A stretch of DNA of 64,000 nt from Bacteroidota bacterium (lineage in GTDB: Bacteria > Bacteroidota > Bacteroidia > Flavobacteriales > Flavobacteriaceae). The stretch spans positions 1,969 through 65,968 of the forward strand of contig JBCBSN010000001.1 of the NCBI GenBank assembly GCA_039819225.1, written 5' to 3'. The notes beneath the pieces were generated by a model that saw only the letters and a list, made by a program, of their open reading frames with translations, searched no databases and had not been told where the DNA came from. The translations under genes were made by a program, and so were the position numbers. This document shows positions 57,239 to 64,000 of the stretch, one piece after another (within the stretch, counting starts at the first letter, position 1; every line of letters begins with the position of its first letter).

Positions 57239-58210
57239 ATGAAGAATATAGGTAGCGTAAGTGCAATGATTATTTTACCAACACTTTTTTTGTTGGCATC
57301 CTGTGCGGACAAAAGAGAAGAGATAAAAAAACCCATGCAGCAATCGACCGACTCGGTTAAAATGGTAAGAACTGCTTCGGGCATTCTCGAGGGATTAAAA
57401 AAGAATGACCAAAAAACTATCCAAGTAGTATCCCATAGGGCAGATTGGCGATATGCCCCTGAAAACTCCATTATGGCCATCCAACGATGTATCGATCTGG
57501 GTGTGGATGTCATAGAACTGGATTTTCGCCTTACCAAGGATGGCCATTTGATCGCGATGCATGACGAGACCGTGGACAGAACTACAAACGGATCGGGCCG
57601 CATAGGTGAAATGTCCTTGACCGAAATTAAGGCATTGCGGTTAAAAAATGGATGTGGGGCGCCCCATACCAGACAGCAGGTTCCTACTTTGGAGGAGATT
57701 ATGCAGCTCGTAAAAGGAAAAATCATGGTCAATCTGGACAAAACAGAAAGTAAATGGGTCAGGGAGGCTTATGAGGTGCTAAAAAAAACCAATACCGTGG
57801 ATCATGCCATTTTTAAGGGAAACGATGACCTGGAAACCATGCGAAAAAAATACGGTAGCCTAATGGACAGTATAATTTACATGCCCAAACTTTGGTACAA
57901 GTATGAAAATGCACGGGAATTTAGAAGGGCCTTTGAAAATGATATAGACCCCTTTATGTATGAAACCCTCTTTGATACCGAAGAGGCGGAAACCTTTACC
58001 ATGATACCCCAAATGAAACGCGAAGGGGATTCCTTTTTGGCCATTGCCCTTTGGGATGAACTTTGCGCAGGTCGTACGGATGAAGTCGCTCTATTGGATG
58101 GCCCCGAAGAATCCTGGGGGTGGCTCATTGCAAATGGTGCCGACGCCATAATGACCGATAGACCGGAAGAGTTGTTGGCCTATTTAAGAAAAAAGGGCTT
58201 GCATGATTAA
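57239..58210 (+). CDS. Glycerophosphodiester phosphodiesterase (GDPD) family lipoprotein
   Basis: Lipobox LASC; VSHRADW..PENS, DVIELD, LIAMHDETVDRTTNG, IMTDRP. Confidence 0.9.
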   Translation: MKNIGSVSAMIILPTLFLLASCADKREEIKKPMQQSTDSVKMVRTASGILEGLKKNDQKTIQVVSHRADWRYAPENSIMAIQRCIDLGVDVIELDFRLTKDGHLIAMHDETVDRTTNGSGRIGEMSLTEIKALRLKNGCGAPHTRQQVPTLEEIMQLVKGKIMVNLDKTESKWVREAYEVLKKTNTVDHAIFKGNDDLETMRKKYGSLMDSIIYMPKLWYKYENAREFRRAFENDIDPFMYETLFDTEEAETFTMIPQMKREGDSFLAIALWDELCAGRTDEVALLDGPEESWGWLIANGADAIMTDRPEELLAYLRKKGLHD

Positions 58211-58227
58211 TGAACCCAACCTTTGAT

Positions 58228-58683
58228 CTAAGCCCCTTTAAGGGACAATACCGTTATGGACCAGATGATCAAGGAAGATAAAAACAAACCTATGGTATTG
58301 GCCACAAAGGCATTGGAACGGTCTATGCCAAAAAGGTAGGTGGCTATACTACCTGCATAAACCCCTGTGCCCGGTAATGGGATCATCACAAAAAAGATGA
58401 GACCCCAGAAGCCATATTTATGGATTTTTTTGGCTGAAGCCAATTTCGCCCTTCGGGCCACAAAAATGGCCGCTTTTTTATAGGAATACCATCTCAGCAT
58501 ATATCCATTGATACGCTCAAGAAAAAAGAGCATTAGGGGAAACACTAGCGCATTGGCCAAAAAGCAGGTGATAAAAACCACATATTTGTCGATCCCGTTA
58601 AGGATCCCGTAGGGAATACCCACTTTGGCCTCCCCAAGTGGTGATAGGCTCCATAAAATGGTGATGATGAGATCCGCTAGCAA
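58228..58683 (-). CDS. COG2426 / small multi-drug export family membrane protein
   Basis: SPLGEAKVGIPYG and FVMIPLPGTGVYAG motifs. Confidence 0.8.
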   Translation of the reverse strand: MLADLIITILWSLSPLGEAKVGIPYGILNGIDKYVVFITCFLANALVFPLMLFFLERINGYMLRWYSYKKAAIFVARRAKLASAKKIHKYGFWGLIFFVMIPLPGTGVYAGSIATYLFGIDRSNAFVANTIGLFLSSLIIWSITVLSLKGA

Positions 58684-58844
58684 GAAGGTTCTTTTTTTTG
58701 GCGAAGCTACGTTTCAAACGCAAGGTATGCATCATAGAAAATCATAAAAAAAGCCAAAATTCGACACCCCGTGCAAAATATCGGGTAAGATTAAACTTAC
58801 TTTTTCAAAGTACCAAAAACAAAGGCGGTATTTTGGCGATGAAA

Positions 58845-59375
58845 TTAAAAGAAAACCCGCACAAAAGGCATCCAGGCATCGGCATAAATACTGTCCTCTT
58901 CGTCAAAAAGAACATCGTACCGTATGCCCACGGTTACATTCCTCTGGGTGTATCCTATTCCGAGGAAAAGGGCAGGTGACCAATAATTGTCTTCCAACTG
59001 TATCAAGCCGTTATCAAATTCCCGATTAATGCGCAATTGCTCAAATTCTGCGGAAAGTTGAATGGCAGGGATGGGGTTATAAAGTGAGATCAAGCTGCCC
59101 CCATAGGCCAATAATTTATCGTCATTAAACTTAGCGTAGTTAAAGATAAGGCTAGTGCCCAGGGCAAATTCGCGGTTAAACTGATAGATGGCCGAGGGGG
59201 ATAGGGATCCATTGAATCCACCATTGGTAAATCCGAGCCCTATACCGCCGCCAAACCGGACATTCTCCCAAAATGCCGATTTAGGTTTGCCCACGGGGTT
59301 TTGGGAAAAAACTAGGGAACAGATAAAAAAACAAAAAAGCAGCACAACTAACTTTAGGGGCATTCTGGGTTTCAT
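58845..59375 (-). CDS. Small outer-membrane beta-barrel-like protein
   Basis: ATG 59375 preferred over the track start 59471; signal peptide, alternating aromatic/Gly strands, C-terminal PFVRVFF. Confidence 0.7.
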   Translation of the reverse strand: MKPRMPLKLVVLLFCFFICSLVFSQNPVGKPKSAFWENVRFGGGIGLGFTNGGFNGSLSPSAIYQFNREFALGTSLIFNYAKFNDDKLLAYGGSLISLYNPIPAIQLSAEFEQLRINREFDNGLIQLEDNYWSPALFLGIGYTQRNVTVGIRYDVLFDEEDSIYADAWMPFVRVFF

Positions 59376-59504
59376 TGTTTGAAATTTTTCGGAATACGCC
59401 GCCAAGATACATCGAGATAGGGTAAATGTTGTATTTTTGGATAATCTTTTAACAATATGCCCTTTGGCCAAATCCTCTGATTCTTAAACGATCTGGTTTA
59501 TTTT

Positions 59505-62309
59505 ATGGATAAGTATTCCTTCTTGAACACCGCCCACACTTCTTTTTTTTCCGAGCTTTATGACAAGTACCTACAGCATCCGGATAGTGTGGAACCCAGT
59601 TGGCGGGCTTTCTTCCAAGGTTTCGATTTTGGAATGGAGAGTGCATTGGATGAACTGGACATTGATGTTTCCAACGGTTCCGTTGCCTCGAGCAACGGCC
59701 AGCATGTACAAGTCCCGGAGTCCATGCAGAAGGAGTTTCAGGTGGTAAAGCTGATCAATGGTTACCGGAGTCGCGGGCATTTATTTACAAGGACCAACCC
59801 CGTGAGGGAACGTCGAAAATATGAGCCTACCCTGGATATAGAGAATTTTGGACTTTCCCAAGCGGATATGGATATTGAGTTCAATGCCGGGGAGATCATA
59901 GGTATTGGTAGAAGAACGCTACGGGAAATCCTGGAACACCTGCAACGGATCTATTGTGATGCCATTGGGGTGGAATATATGTATATCCGAAAACCGGATC
60001 GTGTAGAATGGATACAGAATTGGATCAATGTAAACGCCAACCACCCCCAATTTTCGTCGGACCAAAAGAAACACATTCTAAAGAAATTGAATCAGGCGGT
60101 AGCCTTTGAATCCTTTTTGCATACCAAATACGTAGGCCAAAAGCGTTTTTCGCTAGAGGGCAACGAAACGCTTATTCCCGCCCTGGATGCCATTGTGGAG
60201 CGTGCTGCAGGTCTTGGCGTGGAGCAATTTGTAATGGGGATGGCCCACAGGGGTCGTCTCAATGTGCTGACCAATATTTTTGGAAAATCGGCAAAGGATA
60301 TTTTTAGTGAGTTCGATGGTAAGGATTACGAACAGGAAATCTTTGACGGCGATGTAAAGTACCATCTGGGGTGGACCTCTGAGCGCAAGACGGACAACGG
60401 CAACCGCATAAAGATGAACATAGCTCCCAACCCCTCCCATTTGGAGACCGTAGGTTCCGTGGTACAGGGAATCACTCGTGCCAAACAGGACAGTGACCAT
60501 CCGGATGATTTCTCCAAAGTATTGTCCATCATTGTCCATGGCGATGCCGCTATAGCGGGCCAGGGAATCGCCTATGAGGTGGTACAAATGGCACAACTGG
60601 ACGGCTATAAGACCCATGGGACCATTCATATTGTGGTGAACAATCAAATTGGGTTTACCACGAACTATCTGGACGGTAGATCATCCACCTACTGTACAGA
60701 TGTGGGAAAGGTTACTTTGAGTCCTATACTCCACGTTAATGCGGATGATGCGGAAGCCGTGGTACATGCGGCCCTGTTCGCCCTGGAATATCGCAACCAT
60801 TTTAAACGCGATGTTTTTCTGGATCTATTGGGCTATCGAAAATACGGGCATAATGAGGGGGATGAACCACGATTTACCCAGCCCAAATTGTACAAAATTA
60901 TCGCGAAGCATAAAAACCCAAGGGATATCTATGCGGAACGCTTAAGGGACGAGGGTGTTATCGGCGAAGGTCATGTAAAACAATTGGAAGCGGAGTATAA
61001 ATCTTCCCTGGAAGAGGAACTGGAAGATTCCCGAAAAGAGAACAAGACGGTGATTACTCCCTTTATGGCCGATAGATGGAAAGGCTTTGCCAACGTTAGG
61101 GAATGGGAGATGATGGATCCGGTGGATACTACTTTTGACCTTAAAAAACTGGATCAAGTGGCCAAGGTCATTACGGAATTACCGGAGGGCAAGAAATTTT
61201 TGCGCAAGGTGGAGCGTCTGGTCGGAGATCATAAGAAAATGTTCTTTGAGACCAATAAACTGGATTGGGCCATGGGGGAACTTTTGGCCTATGGGACCTT
61301 GCTGCAGGAAGGTTTTGACGTTCGGATGTCCGGCCAAGACGTGGAAAGAGGTACCTTTTCCCATCGCCACGCCGTGATGAAGGTAGAGGAGAGCGAGGAA
61401 GAAGTATTGTTGCTGAACCATATCTCCAAAGACCAGGGCAGGTTTCAAATCTACAATTCGCTCTTATCCGAATACGGGGTAGTGGGTTTTGATTACGGTT
61501 ATGCCATGGCCAGTCCCAATACTTTGACCATTTGGGAGGCGCAGTTCGGCGATTTCAGCAATGGGGCGCAGATTATGATCGATCAATACATTTCCGCTGC
61601 GGAGGACAAATGGAAATTACAGAACGGCCTGGTCATGTTGTTGCCGCACGGATACGAAGGACAGGGTGCGGAACATTCTTCCGCGCGTATGGAGCGATAT
61701 CTACAGCTTTGTGCACGGGACAATATGTATGTGGCGGACGTGACCACCCCGGCCCAAATGTTCCACATACTACGGCGACAGTTGAAGTCCGGATTTAGAA
61801 AGCCATTGATCATCTTCACCCCTAAAAGCCTTTTACGTCATCCCAAGGCCGTATCCACGAAGGAAGAGTTGGCCCAAGGTGGTTTCAAGGAAGTTTTGGA
61901 TGATGGGACCGCCGACGTCACAAAGGTAAAAAGCCTGGTATTCTGTACGGGAAAGTTCTATTACGATCTTTTGGCCGAAAAGGAAGATAAAAAAAGGGAT
62001 GATGTGGCCCTGGTGCGTTTGGAACAATTGTTTCCTTTACCAGTGGAACAAATGAAGGAGGTGATGAAGAAGTATAAAAATGCGGACGATGTGGTCTGGG
62101 CGCAGGAAGAACCCAGGAATATGGGGGCCTGGAGCCATATGATGATGCATTTCCCCTTGGCCAAGGAGCTACGGGTAGCGTCCAGGCGTTTTTATGCCTC
62201 CCCTGCCGCGGGGAGTGCCGTGCGTTCCAAGATGCGCCACCAACAGGTTATAGACTTTGTTTTTGACCAGGCCCGGGATAATATGACCCGCCCAAAAAGT
62301 AAGGCCTAG
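59505..62309 (+). CDS. sucA: 2-oxoglutarate dehydrogenase E1 component
   Basis: YRSRGHL, KRFSLEG, GMAHRGRLNVL, NPSHLE, HGDAA, GHNEGDEP, WEAQFGDF, LLPHGYEGQGAEHSSAR. Confidence 0.98.
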   Translation: MDKYSFLNTAHTSFFSELYDKYLQHPDSVEPSWRAFFQGFDFGMESALDELDIDVSNGSVASSNGQHVQVPESMQKEFQVVKLINGYRSRGHLFTRTNPVRERRKYEPTLDIENFGLSQADMDIEFNAGEIIGIGRRTLREILEHLQRIYCDAIGVEYMYIRKPDRVEWIQNWINVNANHPQFSSDQKKHILKKLNQAVAFESFLHTKYVGQKRFSLEGNETLIPALDAIVERAAGLGVEQFVMGMAHRGRLNVLTNIFGKSAKDIFSEFDGKDYEQEIFDGDVKYHLGWTSERKTDNGNRIKMNIAPNPSHLETVGSVVQGITRAKQDSDHPDDFSKVLSIIVHGDAAIAGQGIAYEVVQMAQLDGYKTHGTIHIVVNNQIGFTTNYLDGRSSTYCTDVGKVTLSPILHVNADDAEAVVHAALFALEYRNHFKRDVFLDLLGYRKYGHNEGDEPRFTQPKLYKIIAKHKNPRDIYAERLRDEGVIGEGHVKQLEAEYKSSLEEELEDSRKENKTVITPFMADRWKGFANVREWEMMDPVDTTFDLKKLDQVAKVITELPEGKKFLRKVERLVGDHKKMFFETNKLDWAMGELLAYGTLLQEGFDVRMSGQDVERGTFSHRHAVMKVEESEEEVLLLNHISKDQGRFQIYNSLLSEYGVVGFDYGYAMASPNTLTIWEAQFGDFSNGAQIMIDQYISAAEDKWKLQNGLVMLLPHGYEGQGAEHSSARMERYLQLCARDNMYVADVTTPAQMFHILRRQLKSGFRKPLIIFTPKSLLRHPKAVSTKEELAQGGFKEVLDDGTADVTKVKSLVFCTGKFYYDLLAEKEDKKRDDVALVRLEQLFPLPVEQMKEVMKKYKNADDVVWAQEEPRNMGAWSHMMMHFPLAKELRVASRRFYASPAAGSAVRSKMRHQQVIDFVFDQARDNMTRPKSKA

Positions 62310-62377
62310 TCGAAAGGTTTCGGACCATTTTTCAAAACATTTTTTAAGTTAATTTAGTATATCAAAAACCAAGGATA

Positions 62378-63613
62378 ATGATTCTAGAAATGAAAGTTCC
62401 CTCCCCTGGGGAGTCCATCACCGAAGTGGAAATTGCGGAATGGCTTGTATCGGACGGCGACTATGTGGAAAAAGACCAAGCTATTGCGGAAGTTGATTCG
62501 GACAAGGCCACTTTGGAGCTGCCCGCGGAGGAAAGTGGCACCATCACCTTAAAGGCCGAGGAAGGAGATGCCGTTGCTGTTGGAGAAGTGGTCTGCCTTA
62601 TAGATACGGATGCCCCAAAGCCGGAAGGAGGCACGGAAACACCTGCTGTTTCCGACAGGGAAGAAGGGCCCAAAAAGGTAGAATCCGCCCCAAAAGAATC
62701 TACCACCGCAAAGGAATCGGGGGATATCAAGACCTATGCCTCCGGTACGCCCAGCCCGGCGGCGAAGAAGATCTTGGACGAAAAGGGAATTGCGCCCTCG
62801 GCCGTAAAAGGAACGGGAAGGGACGGTCGTATTACCAAGGATGATGCTGCAAACGCGGTACCTTCCATGGGGACGCCTACCGGGGGAAACCGGGGCGAGA
62901 GCCGTTCCAAACTTTCCATGTTGCGGCGAAAGGTTGCGGAGCGGCTGGTATCCGCAAAGAACGAAACGGCCATGCTTACCACCTTTAACGAAGTGGACAT
63001 GACCGCTATTTTTGAATTGCGTAAAACGTACAAAGAGAAGTTTAAGGAGAAACACGGGGTGAGCCTTGGGTTTATGTCCTTTTTTACCAAGGCCTGTGTC
63101 AGGGCCTTGGAAATGTTCCCTGCGGTGAACTCCATGATCGATGGCAAGGAAATGATCTCCTATGATTTCTGTGATATCAGCATCGCCGTTTCCGGACCAA
63201 AGGGTCTTATGGTCCCCGTAATACGCAATGCGGAGAATCTTACCTTTAGAGGCATTGAGTCCGAGGTGAAACGGTTGGCCATTCGGGCCCGGGAAGGGGA
63301 GATAACGGTAGACGAGATGACGGGCGGTACCTTTACCATAACCAATGGAGGTGTATTCGGATCCATGTTGTCCACACCAATTATTAATCCGCCCCAGAGT
63401 GCTATTCTTGGCATGCACAATATTGTGGAGCGGCCCATTGCCAGGGATGGGGCCATTGCCATTGCACCCATTATGTACGTAGCACTCTCCTATGACCATC
63501 GTATTATAGACGGCAAGGAGTCTGTAAGTTTTTTAGTCGCCGTTAAGGAAGCCTTGGAAAGCCCCGAGGAATTTTTAATGGGCAATGATGTTCAGCGTGC
63601 ATTGGAAATGTAG
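62378..63613 (+). CDS. sucB: Dihydrolipoamide succinyltransferase (E2)
   Basis: Lipoyl motif EVDSDKAT; SPAAKK and GTGRDGRITKDD binding domain; TTFNEVDM; HRIIDGKE. Confidence 0.97.
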   Translation: MILEMKVPSPGESITEVEIAEWLVSDGDYVEKDQAIAEVDSDKATLELPAEESGTITLKAEEGDAVAVGEVVCLIDTDAPKPEGGTETPAVSDREEGPKKVESAPKESTTAKESGDIKTYASGTPSPAAKKILDEKGIAPSAVKGTGRDGRITKDDAANAVPSMGTPTGGNRGESRSKLSMLRRKVAERLVSAKNETAMLTTFNEVDMTAIFELRKTYKEKFKEKHGVSLGFMSFFTKACVRALEMFPAVNSMIDGKEMISYDFCDISIAVSGPKGLMVPVIRNAENLTFRGIESEVKRLAIRAREGEITVDEMTGGTFTITNGGVFGSMLSTPIINPPQSAILGMHNIVERPIARDGAIAIAPIMYVALSYDHRIIDGKESVSFLVAVKEALESPEEFLMGNDVQRALEM

Positions 63614-63705
63614 GACTATTTATACCGCCAAACACCATCAAACGATAGCTTCAGTATGTGGATCAAGGGCAAATCGTCGTTGAATTCGTGTACCCGGATC
63701 GTGAA

Positions 63706-64000
63706 TCAGTCGCAACCAAGCTCTTGTTTGGACAGGTAATCCGCTACAGGAAAGCAATTTCCGGAAGGAAGGCTTTCCGGAACAAAACGTTGCAGGTCGT
63801 TGTCGTAAAGGCTGTTGGCAACAAAGAGGGTGAGTTGATGTATCTCTTGATCGTCCAGTCCAAGTGGCCTAAACAAAGAGGACAGTTTGTTCCGGGGGAC
63901 ATCCGGGTTTTCAGGAATAGCGATGTTCTTATACCTTATAATTTCTTCGACGGTGCTGAAACTGCCGCCATGGCCTAAAAAGGAAACATCCCTAAGATTG
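63706..64000 (-). CDS. C-terminal fragment of a di-heme cytochrome c peroxidase/MauG-family protein (truncated by the window edge)
   Basis: Manual translation from 63999: NLRDVSFLGHGGSFSTVEEIIRYKN...LYDNDLQRFVPESLPSGNCFP...LGCD* (TGA 63706-63708). The L..(F/Y).H.G motif and SGNCFP tail are recalled from Flavobacterial CcP. Absent from the ORF track. Confidence 0.7.
   Translation of the reverse strand, partial: NLRDVSFLGHGGSFSTVEEIIRYKNIAIPENPDVPRNKLSSLFRPLGLDDQEIHQLTLFVANSLYDNDLQRFVPESLPSGNCFPVADYLSKQELGCD

Noticed and set aside
58845-59375. Enzymatic (2-oxoglutarate-related) role for the gene divergent from sucA
   Set aside because: The sequence has a signal peptide and beta-barrel pattern with no ThDP motif; proximity to sucA is not evidence of function.
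62549-63499. 316-aa minus-strand ORF
   Set aside because: Antisense shadow of sucB.

Overview
A 64-kb chromosomal segment from a marine-type Flavobacteriaceae (Bacteroidota), inferred from SusC/SusD pairs, TAnnTTTG promoters and gene style. Five blocks. (1) 0.2-15.1 kb, iron/heme acquisition island: membrane-anchored LytTR regulator, PepSY-TM operon, TonB receptor-HmuY-DoxX operon, DUF6607-like/FMN-binding/4-TM module and a second TonB receptor with its lipoprotein. Five copies of a 23-bp Fur-like palindrome sit on four promoters. (2) 15.4-39.6 kb, a large PUL: starch-type SusC/D/E, a CBM-bearing transmembrane AraC and a GH13, continuing into a CE4 deacetylase, three GH127-like enzymes, a serine hydrolase, a sugar porter, a ManD/RspA dehydratase, an SDR and a mutarotase. 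(3) 39.8-45 kb, accessory minus-strand block (ferric-reductase-like flavoprotein, AraC-like regulator, frameshifted small membrane gene, sugar porter). (4) 45.9-50 kb core envelope genes (waaA, DegT-family aminotransferase, galE), then an ECF sigma-FecR-SusC-SusD-GDPD mini-PUL to 58.2 kb. (5) sucA-sucB and the C-terminal end of a cytochrome c peroxidase. No rRNA, tRNA, CRISPR array or transposase was seen. The best non-coding signals are an identical 12-mer (TTTGAGTTAGTT) just before three operon terminators, a structured leader before the second susC, and three 158-180 bp elements bounded by inverted repeats. All family assignments come from motif recognition by eye, not from database searches.
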